The notes under the pieces were generated by a model. It made no database searches. It saw only the letters and a list, made by a program, of their open reading frames with translations, and was not told the DNA's origin. Source: Selaginella moellendorffii (Eukaryota; Plantae; Lycopodiophyta). Taken from it: a stretch of 64,000 bases of DNA. The stretch is from the NCBI RefSeq assembly GCF_000143415.4, contig NW_003314360.1, positions 488,595 to 552,594 of the forward strand, read 5' to 3'. This document shows positions 44,700-56,319 of the stretch, piece by piece (the stretch's first letter is position 1; every line of letters starts with the position of its first letter). The position numbers and the translations under genes are program-made.

Positions 44700-47330
44700 T
44701 AATAGGTGAAAGTGGCCACAGCCTTTTTAGCAAATGTCACCATCTGTTCTGGTTTCTGAAAGCGGGAGAAGCTAACAAAATTAACCACCTTAGGCACCAT
44801 CTTTTCCCCCAAAGCTCTCAGCTTATCACACTTAAAATGAAGCGTATAACCACACACTTGAGATTGTCAACCAGTGGGTTGATAAAGGAAACCGACTGTT
44901 TACACTCCGAAGGGCTGCCAGCTCTATGACAGCCATCGGAGCCTTGTCCAGTGCTACGATCTGAAAAAGACGTCTCTTTGAATGAACAAAGAGCCATAAA
45001 CTTGTATGCTGTGAATGGATACCTTCTCTACCGACTGGCAACCTCCCCAAGGCGATCGAGGAAGACATCATAGCCGGAATGAGGATCCCAACCAGCAGCC
45101 TATAGCAAAAGCCACTGGAAACTGATGACACCCTTGGCTCTGCAGTATTCGAAAGCAACCATCCAGCAGGCAAGTAGCAGCTCACATAAGCTCCAACGAC
45201 TTTCTTGTTGCCACCTGTCCTGTCATCCAAGGCCAAAAAGCCCCGGAATCTGTCTACTGCCACAAACATGTCGTTGGATCTGCCGTTCAGTTCAGTGGAC
45301 ATGATGAAGTAGGGGCCATACTCCTTCTGTTTAAAAAAGGCTGCATAGCACTTACCACCAATAGATCGTATATCGACCTTAGAAGTCCCGGCCACTACAC
45401 TGGTGTCTTGCAACTTTCACAATGCTGATGAGACGCATTTCTCTATGAGCTGCGTGAAATCCTTCCACCTGAGATCAAACAGCAACATACTCGGTAGGTC
45501 TCTGAACACAGGTACAAATGTGATGCTCGTGTGCATCAACGGGAATGGGTATGTCAGCTCAAGGAAATTATCCATGAACATCATCTGTTCGCTGGACAGT
45601 GTGAGCACACTGGCCCAATCGATTGCAATAAGGTTCATTTAATCAATTCCAAATCATCACAGAAAGCTTATGCAATTCTATGCATTCCAGCCAGAGATCA
45701 CAAACTAGAGAAAGGAAAATGTCGTCAGACAAGTTAAGCTCACCAGATATTACAACCAGACACCAGCAGTGAGACGGGATATGCATGCAATGAACTAGAG
45801 TAAGAAAAATGTTGTTAGAGAAATTATGCGATTATAAACAGATGCCAACATCAACCAAAGCATACGTATTACAGAGCTGGGCAGTCACTTTGCTAGTCAG
45901 CCAATTTTACCACGAACAATACACCAAACGAAAAGAACGCCACACAGCCAGACATAGAAAATAAGTATCACCCGTTCAAACAAACAAAACACCAAAAGTC
46001 AGAGACTACATGGAAGGACATCAAGTATAGAAGATCAAAATGAGGCTTTTCAACCAGCCACAGATACAGGCAGAAAACTGGGAGAGCCACAATGTAAACA
46101 TGGCCTGTGTGATGCAGCATGAAACCAACAGGGGAGCAATAGATGTAACAATGACAAAAGATCAACTACAGATCCAAAGTGACCAACTCAGAATGCATGG
46201 CTAGCATCAACCAAGAGAGCTATAGCTTCAGCGCCAAACACAAATAGACGCATGGCACAAGGGTACCAGGCATGGGGACAACAACACCAGACTACATGAA
46301 AGCAAAGAGAGCAAAGAGTGCACCAACAAACAGTTACAAACCTCAAAATCACAATCAGGCAGACTACAAAATAGTGGCCAATAGCCCAACAAGAGAACAC
46401 TAACGAGGCCAGGAACAATCATAGCCACCACCAACCACACTTATCAAAGCAAATAGCACACAAAAGAGGAACATGAAGTGTGGTTCTCAATGTTGTATTA
46501 CTCTGGCTGCCACACATCGAGTATAGACAGCTCTCAGGCCCAGAGCAAAAGACTCGAGACCGAAAAGAGATGCGTTCAATCTCTCATATACCAGGCACAG
46601 AAAATGCTTACAGGATCAATGGAGCTTGTTCTCACAATGCACGATAACAGAGGAAAAAAAGGGATGAAAGGCCCACCACATGCCATAGCGAGAAACTAGA
46701 ACCACAAACCAAAATCATGGCTATTATGTCAGCAGGCGAGCACAAATGGCACACTATGACATACTAACAATCCAACAGCATGAGAGCAAGATCACAACGT
46801 ACTCAGATCTCATAGCACAAACGTCAACTTACAAACAAACCCCACAAGAGTATCAAGTAAATGAATGCTTACCTGGTGCAGCCTGAAGAGCGACTGGAGC
46901 ACATAAAAAGTTGTCAATACAGTTCACAACTACATCAAAAAACACCAGAAAACACCAGTAAATAAGAGGTAAAAGGGATAGTAACAAAATAAAAAATAGC
47001 AAACAGCACACAACGACATAGCCAACCACAACACAACATCTTGTCGTAAACAACCGGAAAACACCTGAGTACAGGCTAATACAAAAACATCCAGCCCAAC
47101 AAGCAAAGTTCACAAGGCCACAAACAAATGCCTGATGCCATAGCCACATTAAATCAAACAACACACGACGCCATGGCCTAAAACAACTAAGAGCAGACTA
47201 GCCAAAACACAAGCCACGCTATAGCCACCAAAAAACAAATAGGAACAAACTCGCCCAAACTGACAAGACTGGCCTCTCCAAGCTCTATCTAGCCATACCA
47301 AGAAATCCACCCATAGATCACATAAAAAAA
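44700..47330 (-). pseudogene. Decayed inverted paralogue of the CR gene's 5' part, with a different C-terminal coding region
   Basis: Shares intron sequence, the mini-exon ALQAAP|gtaag and DWASV with 48560-49170. The acceptor is mutated (TTGCAG->TTGCAA) and there is an in-frame stop at ~45417. Confidence 0.6.
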
Positions 47331-48217
47331 CTAAGATCCCCAAACTCATATTTAATCCAACCCCAAATCTAATCTATTTATAATTTGCTCTTACTCAAGA
47401 GATTGCGGAATAGCCAAATGCCAAAGAGGAAAGCTAGTTTACTCACAATCTTTGGTTTTTGAGTTTCAAGTTTAGAGTTTTTGGGTGCCCTGCCCCACAA
47501 TTTTCTTCTTGCTCGGGTGGACTGTGCACCGGGCCTCTACGAATACTCTTCTCTTCTGAAATGAATATGCATCGCTTCTTGTTGGGGCTTAGATTTTATT
47601 GTAGAGCCAGATCTTGAGCAGTGTATCTTGAGCCGGGAGCCCATATTAATTCTCCTGGCTTGTCTGTAGTTCAGATTGTGGTGCATTCTGGTTTCTATAA
47701 ATCAATCCCAGAAACATTGTATCCCTTGATGTGATTGAGAGACAAGCCAGGAGAGAATGTTTTCTAGTTTAGTGCATTTTTCCAATCGTAAAACTTCCTG
47801 CAAGAAATCTTGGTGATCTGATCTCACAATTTCGTTGCTATTAGCTAGCAAGATGAATGGGCCAATGATGACCCATACATGTTCACATAACAAGGCATGA
47901 AATGGATCATTTGCAAAGGCATCTAGGCGTAGCTTGATTTTCTTTATTCTTTTTACCATGATCACTCTTTTGCCACCGATTGGGGTCCGACACTGTGAGA
48001 GACTAGTGCCTCCTCCACCCCCACTCTGCTTGCCCAAACTTCACCTCGACACCACCAATCAATTAAGGGATTGTTCAATTGCTGCACCTTAGCCTCCACT
48101 AGTGCATCCAAGAAAGAAAAACCTTAGGCACAGCATATATTTTGTTGACAAAGAATGGGACCAGACCGTGAGAGTTGAAATTAGGGTTTAAGGGTTAGGG
48201 CTAACCGAAAAGGGGCT

Positions 48218-51200
48218 ATGGCGGATGAGAAAATAGAAGAGTATGTAGAATTCATAGAAGACACAGATGGAGCAGAGGCCCATGAATTCTCCCTTTCTGA
48301 GCAGAGAGTGAATGTAGATCTGGTTCTGCGGGTGTTTTCGGCCATGTCCGTCACTGTGAAGCGCGTTGAGAACGAAAAGGTTCGATGGAGGGCTCTAGAG
48401 GCAAGAAAAGAAGACGGCCTCAGCAAAGCCATGTTCGATGCTGGATCTTCTCACATCGTTCGTGCCGGGAGGCCTGGTAAACACTCATTTTCTAAGCATT
48501 GTGTTTCGCCTGGGTAGTCATAGCGCTGTGGGTTTCCCGTGTGGCCCTTGTGAGTTGGATCTGATATCTTGTGTGTCTTCCATGATCTGTGTTTGTCTGG
48601 GTTGTTTCAGGCTATGGTATTCTTCTGTTGCTTGCTTGACCTGCGGCGCTCATTTGGGCGAGTTTGTTTCTATTTGGCCTTGGCGTGGGTTATGTTTTGG
48701 CTATGGCATCTGTGCTTTGTCGTGTGCTGTTTGATGAAGTGGCTATGGCGTCAGGCTTTTGTTCGTGGCCGTTTGCTTGTTGGGCTGGATGTTTTTGTAT
48801 CAGCCACGATTTTGTAGTCTGCCTGATTGCGATTGTGCTCATTGCTTTCATGTAGTCTGGTGTTTTCCGGTTGTTGTCCCTGCATGCGTCTATTTGTGTT
48901 TGGTGCGGCTCTGGTGTTTTTCTATGTAGTTGTGAACTGTTCTGACAACTTTTTGTGTGCTGCAGTGCCCTCTGCGACAGCTCTTCAGGCTGCACCAGGT
49001 AAGCATCCATTCTTGTATACTCTTGTGGGTTTGTAACTTGACGTTTGAGGTACGAGATCTGAGTATGTGTGTGATCTTGCTCTCGTGCTGTTGGATTGTT
49101 GGTATTCTGCGATCTTTTGGAATTGATTAAATGGACCTTATTGCAGTCGATTGGGCCAGTGTGGTCACACCATGTTGGCTATGTTGCTCACTCCTTTTCT
49201 TGCCTGAAACAGAAACAAAAACAACCATAACAGGATCGGCCCTGTTACAGGCGTGTGATACTTCCATCTCCACGAAATCGCGGTTCATATCTCTGTTGGC
49301 TCCTCACGAGTTGGGTTATAAGGCGAAATTTCCCTCGGCCCGGACACTCATGTGCGCGCTTAGTAACCTGCCATGCCTTCTATGGGAAGGCGTAGGAGAT
49401 GGACTTGTGGAGCTCGACAATCGGTTTGCGCAGAGGTTGTCAGAGCGCCAGATCACTGTGCTCTTGGCTCCCAGCGGTTCAGGAAAAACGAGAATGTTGA
49501 TCGAACTTGCCTGCAGTAGATTCACGTTGTTTCTCACGGGTAAGCGTCCGATGGTTGGATTTGGAGGAGGATCGGATGATGTAGACAGGGTTGCCAGGTG
49601 GATGGAGACTCGGTTGCCCGCAGGTGAACACGATCTTGATCCGAATCATGCAGTGGTGCGGTTTGGTGTTGGGATTTTGATTCTTGTCCGGTTGAAATAT
49701 TTGAAGTTGCTGAAAGCGCTGAAACCTGGGCTTCATCCTCGTGATTGGGCTTTTTTCCAGTTGGAGTACCCGGCAGTTGATGATGTCTTCCATGCTGCGG
49801 TTGAAGCCTTGATCGATTGTGTCCCAGTGGATCAGCAACTGCCTATGGATCAGCTGACGGAGGCTATAAGGAATCTTGCAGATGACATTGGCTGGAAGGA
49901 GGGGGTGGTTGTCCTTGATGAGGCTCAAATGCTGCTTCATTGTATGAAAGGTCGATTCAAGTCTGAACTCACTCCTACGAAAGGGCAGCCGTCGTTGAAC
50001 CCCATGTTACTGGCTCTGAAGTCGTACGGTTTCTTGAAGAGCTGCTTGTTTGTTGCGGGCACTGGCACGAGTATGCTTAAGGTTCGGGAAAGACTTCTGG
50101 GAGGGACAGTGAAGCCTTTCGATGTAACCGAAATTTATAGCTTACCTGGCTTTGACGACACCAACATTCCAGCCTTTCTCCAACGGTTTATAGATATCAG
50201 CAGGCTGGACATGCCCGCGATTACCTCCATGTACACTGGAAGAAGGCGACTTTTGAGCACGGCGATTGAGAAGTACGTTGTGCAGGACAAACCACCAGAG
50301 GATTGGTTCCAAGTTTTCTTCTTGGAGTTGATCAACAAGCCTGGGGTGGAGCTTGGACTTCTTCGGTCTTTAAGGGATGAAGCGGAGCGGGTGTGGGATG
50401 ATCCAGAGATGGCACAAATGATTGAGGACATTCTGTTCACGTATTATCTTACAGGTATGTGTCGCTGATTCTTTACAGATATATTCCTCATGCTGGTTTT
50501 TTCCAGGTTTTGGTCATGTTATTGTGCAGCGGAAGAGGAGTGTCATGACCTTAGTTGATTGTGGCTTTGCAACGCTGCTTGAGAGTGACGCCAGTGCCGG
50601 ACCTTTTGCACCGATTATTCCACACATAAGAGGGGTGAGGGGTGATGAAGCCGGACCTGGTTCTTCAGGTCCGGCTAACGTGCGATACGTGATCCTTCAA
50701 GAGCCGATGATTGCAGAAGCACTCTGGGACCATATGCCTGCTGGTACAGTAATGGAGCGAGTCATCAGCACAGCTGCAGACGCATCAGTCCTTGGCATTA
50801 CCTTTGAGCGGTTTGCGTGCATCGTGGGGGAGGCATTTGACAACAAGCTACCAGCTGAGGTTTTGGGTTTGCAGGAAACAGATGTGGTCTACAAGGAGGA
50901 GTATGAAGTTGTAAGGCCAAGAGGGCACTCGGGGGTGCTGGTTCAGGAGATTCGGACTGAAGAACAGTTGAACCTGTGGCTTGAAGCTGTTGAGGCTGGT
51001 GCATCGTTTGCTACTTATGCATGGCTTGGACCATTCCAAGAAGCTGGACCAGATGGGATGTTTCTTCTCAGAAGCAAAGAGTCGCACAAGATGATGCCTG
51101 TGTTTCTACAGTTCAGAACAGATTCTGGGCTGGGTGTGACTCAAGCTTTTTCTTCACTCGACATCATGAAGATTGACAAGATACTGCATTCAGGAGGAGC

Positions 51201-51510
51201 CTCTCGAAAACTAAAACAGTGGTGCTGGACTGGCTACCTTAGGCTGGTTGTTTCACCGAACCCACATCCAAAGGTAGGAAAGGTGGCCTTAGGAGATGTG
51301 AGGCGGAGTGGGCGAGCGAGAAAGGGGCGCAAAGAAATCCCCCTGGTAAGGCATATTTCATTTGATCTTTGACATGTTTATTTTCTCCTTCAGGTTTCAC
51401 CTCTATCGGCTGTTTGGGCTGGTCGGAAACTTCGGGGGATCGTCAACCAGGAATTGCTGGATGCTGTGGAAGAGGTGAAGGAAGGTTTGCAGAAACGGAA
51501 AAGGGGGTGA
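48218..51510 (+). CDS. Crinkler/RHS-like protein: N-terminal header + P-loop NTPase + PD-(D/E)xK-type nuclease (exons 48218-48476, 48966-48998, 49147-50454, 50507-~51345, ~51394-51510)
   Basis: Walker A APSGSGKT, Walker B VVVLDEAQ, YTGRRR, LVDCG, LQEP, GITFE, GPDGMF...FLQFR. All junctions stay in frame. Telo-box repeats lie upstream (48181-48200). Confidence 0.75.
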
Positions 51511-51845
51511 AGCGCTTTGCTACGTCTTCGGGCCACTCACAGTTCTCCCCTGTGTCCTTGATCTTCTGTTTTGGGAAGGGTTTGAAGAGTTTTTCAGGGA
51601 CCACATCAATGAATCTCACTTTGTGAAACCGTTGCAGCAAGTCTTCCACATAATCCATGATTGCTGCCTTATGGTTTCCGCTTCCCATGCTATTTGCGTG
51701 CTAAACCATAGGTTTTAACTTATAGAACACGTTTCTAGAATATTCAGAGTATTATAGTTTTAAATTTATAGAAGTTCCTAGAATATTCAGAGTGTATATT
51801 ATGAACTTCATAGAGTTTGCAAGCAAGAACGTAGGTGCACTGCAA

Positions 51846-53090
51846 CTATTGTGTGGAGTAATTGGTGGTGGTGGTGTTTGTCAAAGAGTGGTTGGTTGAT
51901 ACCACCTGGCAAATGAAGAATAGCTCGCCCTTTACTTCTATCTTATGCTTTTTATTTGGGGAATAACGTCCACCGCTTAGTACACATATAATTAAGTAAA
52001 ACACACATACAAATAAGCAAGTTTTACCTTTGTAAGTGTTAAAGCATGCCTGATCCAAGTCTTGTTTATGAGGAAGGACAGCGAGTCTTAATAAACCATT
52101 CTCTGAAGCCAAGGTTTGGAGCCTCTCCAAACTTGCATCCTCAATTTTCTTTCCTTCCAAACTGAGTAGATCAGTAGAATCTAACGCATCAGTAATACCA
52201 CCTTGAGTGCCAGCACGCCTTTTTGACTTCATTTGTAACACACAAGGGATGAGCCGACGCTTCTGCCCAGAGTAATTGCCCAAGAAAAAGATGGCATATG
52301 GTCGGTTACCTGCCAACAACAGTCAGAAAAGTGTCCACGAATCAGTGAATATTACCTGTCAGCAGAACAGTAGGAAAACTGCCATGCCAGCCACATCGTC
52401 AATATATTTTTTCGAAGTGTAGCACCTGCTGTGGTGAGCATGCTTTTCCACGCAGATTGTCACCTCCATGTCTACAAGAGTGCATGGTCTCTCAAGCTTT
52501 AGTAGATATGCCGGGAACTTTGAAAGTGTCGTTGCGTAACAGCACCTTGTTCTCTTGGTGAAGGAACTGCCTCACAAACTCTGCTGGCACCTTCCCATCT
52601 AGTTCCTGAGCTTCCCCAAAAGCAGCCAGCTTCTCTAAGCCCAGACCGATCTTTGAGTGATCACCTTGTCCTTTGCTGATAAGCATGTCTTGACAGGAGT
52701 CCGAGTCAGTCATAAAATGGTGATAGAGCACTCTGAGTACAGCAGGTTCCTCAAGCCTTATCCAGCGTTCTTTGCGGCCTGAGAAGAAGTCATCAATGTT
52801 CTTGAGTTCCAATTGGCTTTTATTTGTCAACCAGGCTAAACCATATTCCACCAACTGAAGCGATGGCTCCTTGATGCTGATGAGAGTCGAAGAAGATCCA
52901 GAAATTTCGTGGTCAAGTATCACCTTCAACTCTTGCATGGCAGCTAGATTGCGATCTCTCTCGAGAAAATGCCGCACATCAGTCCAAACGGTCCTGTCCA
53001 TGTAGACCACGCCTTTCGGTGAGCCGGTAACACTGACGCCTGCTCCGAGAGAATCCGTAGTGCAAATTCTTTCGAAGAACTCGATATTTG
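51846..53090 (-). pseudogene. C-terminal half of a second CR-like NTPase-REase gene, pseudogenised
   Basis: Collinear motifs with the intact gene (LVEYG, LEEP, GLGLE, LDGKVPAE, RPYAIF..VLQMK, GLLRLAV). Stop at ~52492; 5' half absent. Confidence 0.7.
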
Positions 53091-53139
53091 GGTCAATATT
53101 CTCTTTAGGTCAGATCGTTAAAAAATTGAGCTGTTCGTA

Positions 53140-54584
53140 AATGGAGGACTTTGATCATCCATGAGCAAAAATTTCTAAAGATCCTACAGGTAAGTATTTA
53201 TTTTTTATTGTGTTCATGAGATCTCTTACATTCTACATTCATAGGCCACCATGCTCTCATAAAATGTGAATGGTGCTTGGAAGCTCGTAAAGACAATCAG
53301 TTCACTCAAGGCAGTACGAATTTCCAGCTCCATGAGCTGAATGCCTATGCAAAGTCCGACAGTCACAAGGAGGCCAAGCAAATTTGCAAAGCCAATAAGC
53401 TTAGAAGGGAGCTGCAAAGAGGTTCCATGGATGATGCACTAGACCGACAGAGAGATCAACATGAAGAGCGAATAGTGCAAGTGATGAAGCTTGTCCATCA
53501 TCTCATTTTGGCAAATCTTCCGCTTAACTTAATCGGATCTTGTACCAAGGAGCACCAAATTTCCCTCAAGCTGGAGACTACTCAGCTTTTGTGAATCCAG
53601 TCTCAGCTCGTGAGTTTCTTCAAGCGACTAAGTTTGTGGGGAGCAAAAGTTGGTTTCAGAGATTCAAGCCAGCCCATTCTTCTCAGGCTAGTGGATGAGA
53701 GCACTAATCACACGTCCAAACAGCACCTGATTGTGTGCATCATCTATCTGCGTGATGGAAAGGAGTTCGTCAAACTGATTCCAGTCCATGATGGTACATC
53801 AAATTCTATTATCACAGCTCTTCAGTCTTTGCTGTTCACCACTATGGAACTAGCCAAAGAACGACTAGTTGCTTTCTGGTCAGATGGTGCTTCAAGCATG
53901 GTTGGCCGTCACGCAGGTGTGCTTCAGAGGCTCAGAGAGTCACATCGAGAGTCACTTGCGCTTTTGCAAGTTTTCCGTGGATTCTCCCGGGATTATAATC
54001 GAGGAAAGTGTGGAAGAGAAAGACTATAGGCAGGGACAATGACAATGCTGCTGGGGGGCGGCCCTAGTAGTGCACAAGCTTCAGTTTAAGGCTGTGGAGA
54101 GAATTGAGCAAAGGAAACAAAGGAAAAGAGGTTTTGGGACAAGTCACAACACTCTAGATGATGATACTTTTGACATGAATGTTGCAATACCAGGTAAATT
54201 TTATCTATTTTTTTCTCCTTTTGCATAAAACTTACTTGTTCTTCACCAGGTTCTCTTGAAGATTGTGCATACACAAGCCCCACGAAATCCTAACTAAGCA
54301 CTATCCACACATACACTAGCATGACCTGCTTGGGCTTTGCATGAAGTAAGAGGTTTTTGGAAGAGCAAATGCTAGATTACATTGCAAGGCTTTTTACAAA
54401 TGCAATGAAGGCATTCATTAAATTATGGAGTTATCAATTGCTGATCCAACGATTAACATTGCTGGTGAAAAGAGGAGAAAAGAAGAAAACCTATGAAAAC
54501 TTTGAAGATCTAGACATGAAAAGTTTAATACACAAATCTAAGTTCTCCACAATTAGTGGTGCAGTTCATCTCCACCAAATGTGA
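53140..54584 (+). mobile_element. hAT-superfamily transposase remnant
   Basis: FTQGSTNF..L...SDSH zinc-finger-like segment; LVDESTN..KQHLIVCIIY; SDGASSMVG..AGV..RL. Broken by stops and frameshifts. No TIRs identified. Confidence 0.8.
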
Positions 54585-54841
54585 AAATGTATCAGCCCAA
54601 ACCCTTGGATGTAAAACAAAATGTATACAAATTTCTGGATCAATTCAAAAAGCTTAACGACAAGTTGCGCGGTGTGCCGTAAAACGCGGTTCCGCTCAAT
54701 TCAAAAGAGGCAAACAAAACTTGTAGCAGCTACCAATGCGCGTACCTTGGCTAGCACCATGCCCTAAGTCCATGACGACACAACCAAGGGAGCTAGCTTC
54801 GTTTACAGATTTGGAGTGAACTTTGGGTAATTGCCTGCAAT

Positions 54842-55345
54842 ATGGACGCGGGTCACGGTTCACACGCACCTGCGGGCAGCGATGGCGGATCATCCTCCAT
54901 GTCTCCGAGTATGGGTCACGTCGCTGGATTCGAAGCTCAATTAATGCCGATGCAAAGCAGTTTTTACTGGGGTAAGGACATGACGCTCTTGTTTTCGAGC
55001 TGGGTAACAAGAAATCCGGTTCACTACGCACTCGTCGTCCTGGCTGTTTTTATTTTTGCAATCGCCCACCAGTTTCTGGGATACATCCACAAGCTCTACA
55101 GCGGAAGCAGCAGCAGTGGCAGCAGCAAACATAAACACGCATGGCTCGAGATGTTGGTGGGGGTGGTTTTGTATGGCGCCCACACAACCACGGGCTACTT
55201 GCTCATGCTCATCGTCATGAGCTTCAACGGAGGTGTCTTCGTTGCCGTCATATCTGGGCTGTGCCTGGGATTCTTGATATTCCAAGCCATTGAGAGGGCT
55301 ATGAATGTGAATGCGTCTGATCGTGCATCATCTGTAGCAGAGTAA
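54842..55345 (+). CDS. COPT: Ctr/COPT copper transporter
   Basis: His/Met-rich N-terminus, MQSSFYWG..LLF..W, YLLMLIVMSFNGGVF (MxxxM) and GxxxG. Confidence 0.95.
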   Translation: MDAGHGSHAPAGSDGGSSSMSPSMGHVAGFEAQLMPMQSSFYWGKDMTLLFSSWVTRNPVHYALVVLAVFIFAIAHQFLGYIHKLYSGSSSSGSSKHKHAWLEMLVGVVLYGAHTTTGYLLMLIVMSFNGGVFVAVISGLCLGFLIFQAIERAMNVNASDRASSVAE

Positions 55346-55396
55346 GATAATATATTCAAAACAAATCATTCCAAGTTATCATAAAATGAAGTCCAC

Positions 55397-55885
55397 TCAC
55401 GGCTGTGTAGAGCAAGTGTCGTGTTGGTGTTGGTGATCAGCGGCAGTGGTTTTGTTCGATTCAAGCTTGAATGGAAAGACGAGGATGCCCAAGCAAAGCC
55501 CCAAGACAACAGCGATAAACACCCCCACGTTGAAGCTCATGACAATGAGCATGAGCAAGTAGCTGGTGGAAACATAGGCAGCGTACAAGACGAGGGCGAT
55601 GGCTGCCTGGCCGCGGCCTGGAATGGAGTAGAACATGTCGCCGCGGCCCCTGAGATAGCACAGAAACTGGTGGAGAATCGCAAAGCAGACGACGGCCAAG
55701 AGCGTTAGAGAGTACTCGACCCAGTTGCTGGTGGTCCAGCCCGAGAACAAAAGCGTTACATTCTTGCTCCAGATGAAGCTCATCTGCATCATCATCATAT
55801 TATGCATCCCCGTCCCCATCCCCATGGAAGGATTCGAGGGCGCTGCTGCCTGATTATGGTCGTGACCACCGTGATCCATATCCAT
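55397..55885 (-). CDS. COPT: Ctr/COPT copper transporter (second, convergent copy)
   Basis: MDMDHGGHDH, MMMMQMSFIWS, YLLMLIVMSFNVGVF, GLCLG. Confidence 0.95.
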   Translation of the reverse strand: MDMDHGGHDHNQAAAPSNPSMGMGTGMHNMMMMQMSFIWSKNVTLLFSGWTTSNWVEYSLTLLAVVCFAILHQFLCYLRGRGDMFYSIPGRGQAAIALVLYAAYVSTSYLLMLIVMSFNVGVFIAVVLGLCLGILVFPFKLESNKTTAADHQHQHDTCSTQP

Positions 55886-55996
55886 GTTCGATCGATCGAT
55901 CCCCCAATCAATTCCCTTCGAGGGAGGAAGAGCCGTGAAGAGGCTTTTGGTCGGCCTAAAACGCTGCCACTTAAACAGCCATGCATTCCTCCCCAA

Positions 55997-56118
55997 GTAC
56001 AAGTACTGCACAGCAATTTAGTACTAGCATACAAATTCAACGTTGTTTTTGAGGACGTACTTTAGTTTTTTGTGAAATGGAATGTGTGATCTCATCTGAG
56101 CCCCACATCTACACGTAC
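55997..56118. promoter_or_regulatory. Cluster of five GTAC copper-response cores (SPL7/CRR1-type)
   Basis: GTAC at 55997, 56003, 56021, 56057 and 56115, upstream of the minus-strand COPT. Confidence 0.65.
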
Positions 56119-56319
56119 ATTCCGGTTGGCTGCTTTACCAGTATAGCGCCATGGATTAATCGCCAGCTAGCAGCTAGGTCGAATCGAAGGCGCTGCGCTT
56201 TGCGTTGGACAGTTGGACTTGGAAGAAAGAAAGAACGATGTTACTTAGGTGAGAGCGTGCGTCCATTCCACTACCTAGTGCTTGTAATCAAGGGGAGCAT
56301 CATATCGAAATATCTGGTC

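Noticed and set aside
47702-48037. 111-aa ORF between the inverted repeat arms
   Set aside because: No motif recognised; possibly transposon debris, but unsupported.
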